64,000 nucleotides of DNA, from contig CM060732.1 of the NCBI GenBank assembly GCA_030704615.1, forward strand, positions 31,186,001 through 31,250,000. Reading direction: 5' to 3'. Both the position numbers and the translations under genes were made by a program. The notes below the pieces were generated by a model. That model saw only the letters and a list, made by a program, of their open reading frames with translations, was not told the origin of the DNA and did not search any database. This document shows positions 12,240 to 24,869 of this stretch, in pieces; the first letter of the stretch is position 1, and the number at the start of each line of letters is the position of its first letter. Origin of the DNA: Takakia lepidozioides (Eukaryota; Plantae; Bryophyta).

Positions 12240-14039
12240 ATGATGAACAAGAGAAGCCTTTCCCTTCTTTTATACTGTTTTTAAGCCTAAAAAACTAATG
12301 GAAAATATTCATTAAACTATTGTTTCCTTGGAGGATCTATAATATAATATTCCACATGGATGAAAAGTCTTAGAGGCAAGTGAAAGTTGGGTTTTCATCC
12401 ATCCAATTGGATGACCAGTTGACGCGAGTTGTCATTTCATCCATCCAGCTCCTCAAGGCGAATTCCAGGATTTTTCATCCATCCAAGAAGTAGAAATGCA
12501 AATAATAGGCACTGTGAGTGCCGTCGACTCAATAATTTGGCCCCGCTGCTAATCAGCTCCATAAATCACCAAACTTGGCGACAAACTACAATTATATACC
12601 CTGTATCAGCCTGTAAATTCTCAGCTCCATCGGTGGTACAAAGTTGCGCTTCTCGCCATTCGTCGTATTTTTGTTACACACAGATTTTGTGGTATTTTTG
12701 GAAATCAAATCCCTGGTGATGGCTCTGGGGTCCTTGACTCTGCCACTGAGTTATAGGTTGTCCAGAGTCCCCTCTAGTTGTCCCGCACTGCTAACAAGTC
12801 CACGCTTTGCCGTTTGAAGTCGTCATGACCAGTTGTCATTCCGATGCGGCCAATTGATTTGTTGCGATATTTCATCGTTGTACATGTCGCTTCCACCAAT
12901 TGCCAAGCTCCTCGTCGTGTGTTTCTACTGGACTTGAAAGGCGGGAGAAAAGAGAGATCGCAATCTGGGACTGGAACAGTTGTCCTGTACTGTTTGAACA
13001 TGATTAACTTGCCGTTTCTGGTACCGAATTGGCAACCTAATGTGCTGTCGATGCAGCTTCCTACGGTCATCTTGACGCCAGAGTTCTACTCCATGGTCGT
13101 CGCAGACACTGTCTAATTTCCTACGTGCTTTACCAATGATCTCTAAACAACTAACAAACTAATCTATTTTGGCAGTACAATGCCGAAACCGCTTGTCTTA
13201 TGATAAAAAACGATCTGAAAATACAAGTGTACCAATATATGCATCTACACATGGTTAACACAAGTCCAATTACACCACGATTGGGGAAGTCAGACTCTCA
13301 CGATAAAAAAAGGGATTAGAACAAGTCACTATCACTACGAAGCAATGAGGTACCATTCCATGAGAGAAACGATCTTGCATAGTGGAAGAGTATGACTGGT
13401 CCAGTGGACTATCGGATGAAGAAGAAGCTACGGTATATGCAACACTTCCACAGTTGGAACCCATTGGTCAATTAGTGGTCAAACATACCACAACAGTAGG
13501 ATGTCACATGGTAACCCAAGGAGAACCAAATACTCCGAGAACGGAAGATCTTGAGGAAGAAGCTATGGACACACCTCAACACCCTGCCCGTTTTTATCAA
13601 GAAAGAGAAGAGGACATTAAAATCAGTGAAGTACCTGCCACGATTGCAACCATCGGACAGGAGATGCAGGATGGACAGTAATGGAAGAAACTCAATTGAT
13701 TCAAGTGAATCTAGGAACAGTGGAAGAACCACAGATAATACGAGTAAGTGCAGGTCTCGAAGAATCATTTCTACAAGAAGCCACTGCATTATTCACTGAA
13801 TACAAGGAGGTTAGTTATTTCATGAGCATGAGCGGCATGAGCGGCATGAGCGGAGTAGCAAGACAATCGGTTTTCATGAACAGAAGTACAAATTTCGAAA
13901 ATAAAAAACATTATAAAATATTAATTTAATGGAATGTGTCAGAAAAAACTAATATATTATTCGGCACCTTGAAGGGAAAATTGTAGTTTTGAGAGTTGTG
14001 CTCATGATATTTAGTCTTCCGCTCATGCCAATTCCCAGC

Positions 14040-14450
14040 GACATGTGCAAAATTGGCACCGAATTTCGTGGTAATAGGGTCCGTAACCGGAAAAAACCGC
14101 AACGTATTTCGCGGTAATAGGTCTCTCTGGCGAAAAATGGTGCCGAATTCCGCAGCTATAGGTCCCCTCATGACAGGTGTGTAAGCCCAAAATTTGGAAA
14201 TGTGGCGCCGAATTTCGGTACATGGTGCCGGGGATTGCACAGATGTTGGGCAATTCTGGGCCATGTAACTGGAAATTCGGCACCATTTTTCCAGACATCG
14301 TTCCCGAGCATGTTCGGACTTAGCCAGTTTTCGGCCCAAAATAGGTCGGCGCCATTTTTCCAAACACAGGGGTACCAGTGCATTTTGGGACTTAGCCAGT
14401 TTTTGGCCCAAAATAGAGAAATTCGGCGCCATTTTTCCAGAAATGGCCCC
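14040..14450. repeat. Subterminal array of GAAATTCGGCGCCATTTTTCC-type motifs
   Basis: Motif repeated in both orientations; same motif as in 20035-20760. Confidence 0.8.
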
Positions 14451-14595
14451 ACAACTGCTTCTGTTGGATCTCAGTTTGAATGGAATATTGCCTCATTCCA
14501 GGAGTTTTGGGGTGCATTTCATTACACTGCAAAAAAAAGTCTGATACATGAAAATGCAATTGAAAATATCCATATGGAGGATTCCCTTTGCCCCA

Positions 14596-16410
14596 TCAAT
14601 GATTTCTGGAATCCCTAAGGAGGAGTTTGTGCAGCTCGTTCACGCTCAACGCCGGTGCATGAATAAAGTCATCAATAGTCACGTTCATCCTCAACCTCTT
14701 CAGGTAAATGTAATACAGATGCTTGCACGGATAATACTTTGAACCCTTCTTTGCTTCCATCAATGAGAAGTCCGTACAATTGCAAGTCGGCTCCTGCATA
14801 ATTGACCTCATAATGTCCTCCGTTGTGGCAGTGAGGATGTCCACCAGATGCGCCGCAAAGGAGGCACGCCAGGAAGAATGCACTGATTCGGCCATGTTTG
14901 TCGTGGGCATGTCGGTGTCGGAGTCGAGACACATTTCCTGCACAAGCACATGTTGAGGTTACAAGCAAGTTACAAATAATGCCAAGAATAATATTCAACG
15001 GGACGCGAATTCGTGCAACTCACCTCCCGCATATAGTCGCCGAACTGGAGGAAACGATAATGCCACCATGCTAGCCAACTGACCATTGCTCCCTCGTCTG
15101 ATTTCCTTACAGCACCTGACAATGTCCACCAAGCCCGTATACATGCAAACTGTGTCTCTGCATCATCCAAGGTGGGAGCGCGCTTCCACGCAAGACACAT
15201 GGAACGGTGCTCCTCTCTGAAATCTGGCACCACGAGCCTGGTTGTGTACTGCGAAAGGCTCTGCAGAAAATGGAACCCACAAGATCTCTCCTTGCCTTCC
15301 ATGGGAACATTGGGGTCTTGCCCGTACATCCTTCGGATGGCACCCCAATTTGCTTGTGTGTTGTCCGCCATGAAACCACGGAAATTGGGAGGGGGCAATC
15401 CCGCCTTGGCCATCTGTTCGTTTATTCCCTGCCAAAGAAGCATCTCCGATTGTGTGTCCTCTCCTTTCATCTCACAAATAGCAATTGTCATTAGCATCCT
15501 GCAGTGGGTGTCGTAGACATGTGCACCCATTGTCACCCACTGGTGATTTGTAATTCGCTTGATATGGTCGAACATGACCCAACTGTTTGACAAGTCCCCA
15601 TTCGTCATCTTGTCGACCAGTTTGACGCCGCTGCCAGGTCCACACGTCGACATTTTGAATACAAAACAACGATCTACCTCAGTCCTTTGTCCTGGAAACC
15701 AACTTCCATGAATGTAGTCATATCCACATCGTCGCTTCATCTCCAAAATGGAGTGCATATCCGAGCCACGCCCAATTTTTTGTTTGCATGTTACAATGTG
15801 GTTTCGGACATTCGGTGAACAGATGTGGGACACCGACTCCGGCAATGCCTCCATTTCATTCTCATCGAGAAGAACTCTATCGGAGCCGTCTTCCGACATA
15901 ATTCTGGCCAATGCCATCTTATGGGCGGCTTGGAGCTGTATCTGTTTGGGTTTGGCACTCGGTCTCAACTTAACCTCCTCCTGAACGAGCTGCTCTGCCT
16001 CGTGGGCAGCCTCCCACGAGTTCCCCCTTGCCAATTTGTGACAATGGGAACCAACGTGTATGCAAGCTCGGGTGAGGTCAGGGAAACGGTGCAACACATA
16101 GAACTGCTTGGCATTACAAACAGACATGCAGTGTGGTGGTTCTTTGCAATGCGCACACTTAAATGTGGAGTTCGGAACCTTCTCCTAAGCTTGAAATGGT
16201 TGATGAGCTGTGCCTGTCCAATCGGTCTCGTTCCTGTGATCTCTGAATTTAAAATGGAAGCAAGTTGGGGAGAAACACCGCAACGCGCCCGCACAAACAA
16301 CGTAGCGCACCCGCACACCATCGAGCATGTGATGCACCAAGGATGACCATCATGTTTTCTATCCATATCTGTCAACATTCCGGACGCCCTCGAGTAGTCC
16401 GTCCGTGGAG
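14596..16410 (-). pseudogene. MULE-type DDE transposase with GCM-like N-terminus and SWIM finger
   Basis: WVMFDH, GFMADN, SCGFHF, TTNMAESVH, SWIM CNCTDF..CKHLYY; GT-AG intron 14938-15023 splices in frame; 19-nt deletion and TAG stop in the 5' part relative to 3572-4088. Confidence 0.85.
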
Positions 16411-16750
16411 GGAATTACCTGCGTGGCGGAAATTTTGCGCGCCGCCCTACCTGGCAGGATGGAAATCCGGCGCCGGATTTCCATCCATCCGGCTCCAAAT
16501 TACCTGCGTTGCGGAGTCCGTAGGGCCACGCCAACTAAATTCTCTTGCACTCTGTGTATGCGCCGCCCTACCTGGCAGGATGGAAATCCGGCGCCGGATT
16601 TCCATCCATCCGCTCCGAATTACCTGCGTGGCGGAAATTTCGCGCGCCGCCCTACCTGGTAGGATGGAAATTCGGCGCTGAATTTCCATCCTGCTGCTCT
16701 CCGAATTACCTGCATGACGGAAATTTTGCGCGCCACCGTACCTGGCGGAT
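16410..16750. repeat. Repeats containing a perfect 30-bp palindrome GGATGGAAATCCGGCGCCGGATTTCCATCC
   Basis: Perfect copies at 16457-16486 and 16578-16607, imperfect copy near 16662; lies between the divergent genes. Confidence 0.9.
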
Positions 16751-17094
16751 GGGCATTAAATGTCCACCGCCGTCCGTTTTTATTCGGGCTGGCGACACAT
16801 GGCTTCCTCGATACGTACCCTAAATCTGATGCTAATCTTGGATTAACTTCTATTCGAGGCATGTACCCCAAAAAACTGAGATCTTTTTCCATTTTGGCTG
16901 GGACTTATGCCGCCTGAAAGGCATGGCTCTCCTGAGAAAGACCTCACATCCAGACCGCGGCGGAAGTTGAAAGCTTTGTACTACGGACGACGGCCAATCT
17001 CTCGCATGGCCAAACTTAAGCTCCAGCAGGAGATTCCAGTGTCTTGCTCACAACCCGCGCCAACTGAAGCCGAGTACTCTCAGGCAAGCCACTT

Positions 17095-17160
17095 CTGCTT
17101 TCGCTTTGTTCGCTTTCGCTTTTGCTTTCGCTTTTGCTTTCGCTTTCGCTTTCGCTTTGT
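17095..17160. repeat. (TTTCGC/TTTTGC)n microsatellite
   Basis: Direct inspection. Confidence 0.9.
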
Positions 17161-17572
17161 TGTTTCGCTTTGTTTTTGCATCTTCATCCTGGCATCGCTG
17201 GAAGCATGTCATTCTTAGGCATTGGTTGGATTTGTTTTCATTGTTGTTCCATGGCACTCCATACTTCCTAAACTTGTTTTGTTTTCATTGTTGTTCCACG
17301 GTTGTTGCTATGGTGGTTGCGCTGCTCGTTGCGATGCTGGTTTTCGCACCGATGTTGGTTCTGACGATTTTGGGAATGACGACGAGCCCGGCACGCTGGT
17401 GGTATCATCTACCGCTCCAACTCATCGCATGTTTGAATCGCCCAACTTGGGGCGAGAGGGCAAACTTCAACCTTTTGTTGGTGGACGGGAGGACCTGCAG
17501 CGAGGGTACGACAGAATAGGCATTTGGGGAGGTTGGTGCAGGCGGCATGGCAGGTGAAGGGCGTGAGAGTTC

Positions 17573-20500
17573 GTGAGGATAGCAGATCCGGCAATGGAGG
17601 TTGTTGATTCACATGCAGTAGGGCCCGCCCACGCAAAGAAGAAGAAGAAAGCTAAGCACATGCAATCCCCGGCGAGAGAGCCGTCACGGGCTGCGGAGGG
17701 GGGAGTGACCAGTGCGCGCGAGGGTGTTCCTTCTCCTCAATCAAAGGTGGTCGTCCTGGAGGGCTCCCCTGCTGCTAGCCCTAGTAAGAAATAGAAAGCC
17801 CGTGAGAGGGCAAAAGAGAGGGCAAAAGAACAGGCGAGACAGAAGGCTAGCCAGGAGGAAAGAGAAAAGGCCAATGAAGAGGCCAAGGGTGCCCAAATGA
17901 CAGATGCCAATGTAAGCGAGGGATGCACAGAGACGGTGGATCCTTCCAAGACACCACAAAGAGGCAGTAACACACCGGTTACACCATCGCGGACAAGAGC
18001 AGCCCCCGCAATTACCCATACGGTGGAGAGTGGAGGAGAGGAAAGAACACCACAAAGAGCACGGATGATGGCAGTAGAGACAGGGAGAGTGCTCGAGGTG
18101 GTTTCGCCGGTGGTTCACCATGTTGAGGAGGACGACACTGAGCTTTCTGACCAGGATGACATCCTCCCGGACATCCCCAAGCCCCAAACCCGCAGCATAC
18201 AGGCTGGATTTGGCGGTCCTGGTGGGCTGCCGAAGAACCCCTCTGTAGCAGACGTCATGTCCGAGGCGGATATGAAGTTGGCCGCTGCCAAGATGTTGGA
18301 GGCAACCCATAGCAACATTGGCAGGGTGCTGGGGGGGATGGTGTACCCGGCCAAGCTTCGAATTCCCCTTTGCCGCTTGGTGTCTTTGCAGGTGGTGAGA
18401 CCTGCCCTCCCAGGCAATATCGACAAGCTGAAATTCTCTTTCCGAGATGGATATTGAATAGGGTCTGCCGCGTTTTACGTTTCCATTGAGAACGACCACG
18501 GAGCTTCCCGTGCCCACACTTCCGATGAGGTGGACAAATGGGGTCCCCATTGGCAAAGGCGAAATGAGGAGTTCGAGAGATCGATTGTTACTGATCCTCT
18601 TTTCCAGCACTTGTCCGGAAAGATGTTTTACGTATGGGACGGCAATCATCGCCTCCTGGCATGGATGGAACACATAGCCGAAGCCCACCCCAACGACCTC
18701 GATTGGCATTTCGCCGTGGAGTGTGTTGTGCTGAAGGTTGCGGGGCCCAAAGATCGCAGTCTTCTCAAAGCTGCAATGGCGGATATCTACTCGTAAGTTA
18801 CAACGCCTCTTGCTTTTGGACCCATCCGATTGTAAGTCATTTCATTGCGAATCCTCATATTTGTTGTAAATTCCCATTTCAGAATTGTTTGATGGAAATG
18901 TGGCATTGCAGGGTGACTGAGAATGCCTTCATTGCCACCAACTTGTCCCATATGCTCTTCCGAGTGAAGGATGTTGGGAAGCAGGGTGTGCAAGAGTTTG
19001 CCAATTCGCTCAGTGCCGACCTCCTGCGCAAGTCGGAGGCAAAGGCAGACAGAACCTGGTATAGGCTGAGCATGGACGCCATGGTGGACTACATATTTCG
19101 GGTAAAGCTCCTGACTGTTTTGTTGAACTAATCTGTCTCTCCTCCCCCAATAGAAGAAAAAGTGTTGAGCAGGATCTCTAATCTTATGTGCACATTCTTG
19201 ACAGACGAAAATTCAGCAGGATTTGGCACATGCGCGGAGTCAGAGGAGAAGAATCTAACCCTCCCGGCACTCGAATCGTATCTCAAAGCTGCGGAGGTGA
19301 GGGCCCGCATAAAGTACAAGTCGCGGATGGTAAAGTACGTGGCCATAGCTGATCCCGCCCTTGGTGCCGACTTTCTGGTGGAGGTGGGGAAGCACTACTC
19401 CCGCGCTCTGAAGCCCACGATGACATTGGAGAAGCTCCATCGTCTAGCCACATCCTGTGTGGATGGTGCAGAAAAGGTGATACATTCTTAACCAAATTGT
19501 GGTGGCAACAACTTGTTTTTGTGGTGTTTGGCGCTTACGAATATGCTGGGTGGTTGGACAGACCCGGTGGCTCCAAATCTGGAATGGTTCCCAAAGTGCA
19601 AGGGACATGTGGAGCTTCCCCAAACCGGAGAAACTGTCTGACCCCACATTCGACATGTGGATGAACCGCATGACATGGTGGTTTCAGGTACTTCCCCACG
19701 CTTCGTTTGGCGCTTCTAATCTTGTAGGGGGTGGATTCATTGTATTTTTTCAGCAATGCGATCTGATGGAGAATTTCCACAGGTGACGACAAATGCGCAA
19801 GAGCAGCTGGACACACAAGCACATCAGTTCAAGATGGAGAATTTCTCCTGCAGCAGAGAGCCTACGCGACTATGTGACGAGGTACTTTCTGCTCTACAAA
19901 ACCGACCTATTCTTTCGGGAGATACCACATGCCCGCCGGAGCCACGAGTTCACCGACCAGCCGAACGCGGACAAAGCAGCAATGCGCCTTCTGTACAGGT
20001 ACATACGCGATGCCTTCCTTACAGTCCTTGCATTTTTTGCCGAATTTCCAGATCAGGGCTCCGAAAATGGCTAAGTCCCTAGGGTGGCTGGCCCTGAACT
20101 GGAAATTTGGCGCCATTTTTCCAGGTCAAGGCCATATGTGACTTAGCCATTTTCGGGCCGGACCTGGGAAAATGGCGCCGAATTTCCAGTCAAGGCTCCG
20201 AAAATGGCTAAGTCCCAAGGGTGGTTGGCCCTGAACTGGAAATTCGGCGCCATTTTTCCAGTTCTGGGCCATATTGCCCTTGTGGGACTTAGCCATTTTC
20301 GGGCCGGACCTGGGAAAATGGCGCCAAATTTCCAGTCAGGGCTCCGAAAATGGCTAAGTCCCTAGGGTGGCTGGCCCTGAACTGGAAATTCGGCGCCATT
20401 TTTCCAGTTCTGGGCCATATTGCCCTTGTGGGACTTAGCCATTTTTGGGCCGGACCTGGGAAAATGGCGCCGAATTTCCAGTCAGGGCTCCGAAAATGGC

Positions 20501-23136
20501 TAAGTCCCTAGGCTGGCTGGCCCTGAACTGGAAATTCGGCGCCATTTTTCCAGTGCTGGGCCCTATTGCCGTTCTGAGACTTAGCCATCTTAGGGCCAAA
20601 CCGGGAAAAATGGCGCCGAATTTCTAGTTCAGGCTCCCAAGATGGCTAAGTCCCTAGGGTGGCAGTCACCGAAAACCAAAATTCGGCGCCATTTTACCAT
20701 TTCTAGGCCCACTCAGATCCGCCCCAACCTGGGAAAATGGTGCCGAATTTGCAGTTCAGGGACCTCATTGTGTTTTTCATGAATGCAGGTACTGCAAGTT
20801 CTCCCTTTTGGAGAAAGGTCATCTGTCTTTCGAGCCACCATTCTTCCTGGCATGGAAGAACCTGGGGCTGACTCCATGTACACTGACGATATTGTGAAGG
20901 AGTGGCATCTGGAACATTTGCGTGATTGCCCTTGGTATGTGGACCTTCCGCCCGGCATGCTCGACCCATCCGAGTTTCAATTGAAGCTGGATGCTGAGGC
21001 CCGACGAAACCGGGCTCTGCTGCCTCCGCTGGGTGCAAAAGAGGCAAAAGCGCTTGCGAACTCCAGGAAAGCGGCAGAGCTTGCTCAGGCAGGAATTCAG
21101 GAGAAATTGAATGAGAAGAGTAAAGGCCAAAGGAAAAGGACAAGGAAACATGTGAGTGCAGTAACACCCAAAAAATAGAAAACCATCGGGGCATCGGAGC
21201 AGGCGCAGGAGGGGACCCAAGAGAGTGACTCAGACGACGACTTTGTTCAAGGTCCTGCGACTGCTGTTGCTGCTACCCAGTCACCGGTCGTCCGGGTTCC
21301 CAAGTCAGTTCGGAGTGGGACTGGCTCTGCCAAGAAGTTGGCATTTGAGGGCGAGCCTACATGGCGGTATTCGGCGGTGACGTTTACGCACAGGCCAAAG
21401 CTAGAACCTCCAACCATCATCCAATGCGTCAATGAGAGCTTCCTTGACGCTCTCGCTGCCAGGGCGAAGAAGGTGGCACACAACAAGTCTCTGGCGGAGC
21501 AGAAGGGGAAAGCCAAGAAGAGGGCTGCCGGTACAGAGCCTAAAGACACCCCTGGTTTTGAAGCCATGATGGAATTCTTCATGGCTGTGAGCACGGATTG
21601 CAAGAGCACTCGGGGGGGGGGTTGAGGTGGAGAGAGCTTGCGACATGATTCTCCTCGACATCCCAGATGGGGAGCTGCTGGAGGGCCTGGATGGTGTGCC
21701 CACCTGGAACAAGTTTACTGAGGACTACTGGAAAGTCGGGTTTGGGCTGGCGGGGATGCTTCTAGATGACGGTGGATGTGTGGTTGTCCTTGCCACAAGA
21801 GGGAAGACCACAGAGAATGCGGTGGCAAGGTGGACACCAAAAAGTGTCACCCCGGTCCTCCTCAGCAAATGGTTCTGCATCAATACACAGGGGTTGCGAA
21901 CAGAGGGCCAAAGTGTAAGTTATCAATCTATTGCATTCACCTCATATTGTGGTGTATCTAAACAAGATCCCGGAGTTGATCCCTATTTTGTTGGATGTGC
22001 AGACATTGGTGTTTGAGGCATATTGCTTTGTGAAGAGAGGGTCTACGTTCAAATTCCGCAACGACGGTCGTCTTGTTGATGCCGCTGTGGACCCTGTTAC
22101 CTACGATGTCCTCTACAACTATGTGCCCCACTCCAGTATGCCGAAGGACACAAAGATAGGCAAACCGTGGCGGTACAGCCGGAGCCCTGCTTTCATCCAA
22201 ACCCTCATGGAGACGTGCTCGGATGTCCAAGGGCGGATTCTGGACCTCACATGCGGCACGGGTAAGCCTTCACGTGCTCAGTTTGTCCCCTGGCCCGATT
22301 GCAATTGCATGCTGCAAGCTATTAACCGCCCGCTTTATTCCTCAGGTGCTTCAATGTGGGCAGGGACGTTGTCCGACAGGCATGTGTTCGCCTTCGAGCC
22401 AGATACTGCCCTCCACAAATCGGAACTTGCAGCGGCTGAACGTCTGCCCAAAGAAGAAGAGGCATCCTCGGAGGATGAGGAAAAATCCGAGAAGGAGCAG
22501 GGGGAGGAACAAGTTGGGATCAAGGCCGAGGAGCCCCCGGTGTACAAGTGAGTGGTCGCATTGTAAGTTGCCTCCAGATTTCGTGAGGCACCTCCCTTCG
22601 CTCTCTTATTTCATTGAAAACCCTTTCTGCTTCTGCTGGTATTGACATTCTTGAAGTGGATTTGTTCTTACTGTAGGATGCCAAGTACGGCAGGAAGGAC
22701 GTCTACACCGGAGTTCATGGGCAGGAGGAACGTTCCTTTTTTTGCCAAGGGGGATTTCATGCCTAGTCCAGAAAGGGACTACATCCTTCCTACTTATGTT
22801 GCCCGGCTTGCTTCGGTGTCCATTAGGAGGTGTTCCGAACCTAGTCGTGTACAACAGATTTTAGACGAGGCAAGCCTCAAGAAAATGAAGATGAGGGAGG
22901 AGGCAACAGCTATTAGAGCCCGTCGGGCTCGTAGATTTGTGTTGGATTCTGCTGAGGAAAGTGGGGGAGAAGAGGCAGAAGATTCCCAGGAGGTGAGGTG
23001 GACAGTCCCCCAAGGAGAGGACGGCATTTTTGAGAGGCATACTGCAACCAATGCATCACAGAGCTCGGAGGATGGGGGGGATGAGGGGGATGAGGAAGAA
23101 GGAGGGCCAAGTTCCTCAGAAGGTGTAGGAGAGTAG
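17573..23136 (+). pseudogene. Multi-exon cargo gene: ParB/Srx-like domain, unknown region, beta-class amino-DNA-methyltransferase fold, acidic tail
   Basis: MFYVWDGNHRLLAW (near 18625-18665); motif IV-like DMILLDIPDG..VPTWN..LLDDGGCVVV (21640-21790); RSPAFIQTLMETCSDVQGRILDLTCGT|GASMWAGTLSDRHVFAFE (motif I; intron 22262-22345); last intron about 22549-22677; stops at 17792 and 18455, poly-G frameshift near 21615; true start uncertain (possibly 16907). Confidence 0.75.
20035..20760. repeat. Intronic 146-bp tandem repeat with nested inverted repeats
   Basis: TGGGAAAATGGCGCC at 20165, 20311, 20457; each unit holds inverted GAAATTCGGCGCC and GGCTAAGTCCC/GGGACTTAGCC pairs. Confidence 0.9.
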
Positions 23137-23971
23137 TTCCCATTCCTGCTATGACAGTTAGGACACACTTGTATAGACGTGGCTTGCCACCAAATTTGCA
23201 ATAAAATGTTGCATTTCATTGCTATGATGAGTCCACATGACCCTATTTCCGTGCCTCCTAACCCTATTTCCGTGGACACAATTCGGCCCGCTCATGCTTT
23301 TTTTTTTCCCGCTCATGCTCATGCCGCTCATGAAATAGCAGCCCCCAATACAAGGATGTATTTGCCTGGAACTACAAAGATTTGAAGGGTATACCTTCCA
23401 ACATCTGTCAGCACCAAATTGAATTGGAAGTTGATACAAAACCAATTCGTCAGAACCGTTACAGAATGAACCCCAACTATGCACCTAAAGTTTGGGAAGA
23501 AATCAAGAAATTACTGGATGCAGGATTCATATACCCAATAGATACACCACAATGATTATCACCCATTGTGATAGTACCCAAGAAGAATGGAAAATTACGA
23601 GTATGTGTGGACTACCGCAAATTAAACACGGGAACCAAGAAAGACCTCTTTCCACTACCTTTCACAGAAATAGTGTTGGACACAGTGGCAGGACATGAGA
23701 TGTACTCATTCATGGATGGGTTTAGTGGGTACAACCAGGTGCAGATGACAAAAGAAGACCGAAAAAAGACCGCATTCGTCACTGAATGGGGAGCCTATGC
23801 TTATGAAGTCATGCCATTTGGACTTTACAACGCACCAGCCATGTTTCAGCGAGCAGTATCTGAGATATTCAAGAATTATCTCAACGATTTTATGCAGGTA
23901 TTTTTAGATGATTTCAGTGTCTTTGGACGGAAATCCAAACACTTGGCACAGTTAAAACTTTGCCTACAAGA

Positions 23972-24817
23972 TGTTAATCGCTGGTTTATGACTTAGACAA
24001 AATAGGCTCTCAGCACTACTGCCCATTTCCCAAGACATGCAACAGAGGTTGTCCGATGGTATGCTTTCAGAAACGATTACAGAGTAATCATTTTAAGGAT
24101 AGTTAAACCATGGTTGTCGTACGAATCAATATCTCTGCAGGTTGCTTAATCCATTGATTAAGCCCAACCTACAGTCTCATTAGCCTAAAAGATCTTTAGT
24201 CGGAAAGGCTGAAGACTCGTTGTTCATACAGTCAGATGGTAGTCAAGACAAAACAAGAGCTATTCTGAGATGATACACATTCTCTCCATCTCACGTTCAC
24301 TCTACACAGAGATACTTGGAATAGCATGGCTTTACTTCAGAGTTCATCACATCAGAGCATAAGTACATATCGAATCACTCTGAGTCCACTGGATACACAC
24401 TGATCACTGATACCTTCTAAGTTGCGTGCAGCCCTTTTATACTATGCTCAAAAGAGCCGTTACAGCCTGCAGTTGTTAATGACCGTTGCCTAACGCCTAC
24501 GCAACCTAAAGGGTTTGCTAAAAAAATGGCTCGTGGTAGTGGTCGTGTGCCATAGTGGTACATGGTCCACGGTCCTTCACTACTTTCTCTATTAGTAAAA
24601 GCCGATGTTATCGTGGCCGTGTGATATCGTGGTTCACGACCCATGGTTGCTACATTACCCACTACTGCTCCCGTGGCAATGTACCCTTGTTCCGCCATTT
24701 GCTAAGTGCCGCGCACTTAGCCTTTTCTGCCCGTGACCAGGTAGTGTAAACCAATCACCACCCGATATGTCCCATTGTGACCCTCGCTCTTTGGCCCTCG
24801 TAGCTTAGCCGTTATCA
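23972..24817 (-). mobile_element. LTR family A, 3' LTR, with polypurine tract at 24818-24830
   Basis: Reverse-complement homolog of 4089-4923; preceded on minus strand by GGGGGGGAATAAA. Confidence 0.9.
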
Positions 24818-24869
24818 TTTATTCCCCCCCAGTTTTTGAAATTGTGTCCGCACAATTTCGTCAGTTCTT

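Larger units (their letters stand above)
13807..23346. mobile_element. MULE-like element A (9540 bp): transposase (-) and ParB-like/MTase cargo gene (+)
   Basis: Ends GAGGTTAGTTATTTCATGAGC and (reverse complement) GGGGGCTGCTATTTCATGAGC; subterminal CATGAGCGG repeats; 8-bp TSD AATACAAG (13799-13806, 23347-23354); removal restores host RT sequence. Confidence 0.92.
13320..23971 (+). pseudogene. Ty3/gypsy reverse transcriptase split by the 9.5-kb MULE (pieces 13320-13806 and 23355-23971)
   Basis: LFTEYK|DVFAWNYKDLKG rejoins across the TSD; YRMNPNYA, LRVCVDYRKLN, MDGFSGYNQ, MPFGL, VFLDDF; cut at 23972 by LTR A. Confidence 0.92.

Noticed and set aside
17048-17519. AKAKAK / FAFAFA ORFs
   Set aside because: Translation of a hexamer microsatellite
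17741-18709. 322-aa minus-strand ORF
   Set aside because: Antisense shadow of the GC-rich ParB exon with no recognisable motifs; most other short ORFs in the track were rejected likewise
17573-23136. Bacterial contamination as source of the ParB/MTase gene
   Set aside because: GT-AG introns conserved between copies and TSD-bounded insertion into plant retrotransposons
4089-24817. LTR A copies as the two ends of one element
   Set aside because: Opposite orientations and no shared TSD; they are separate insertions
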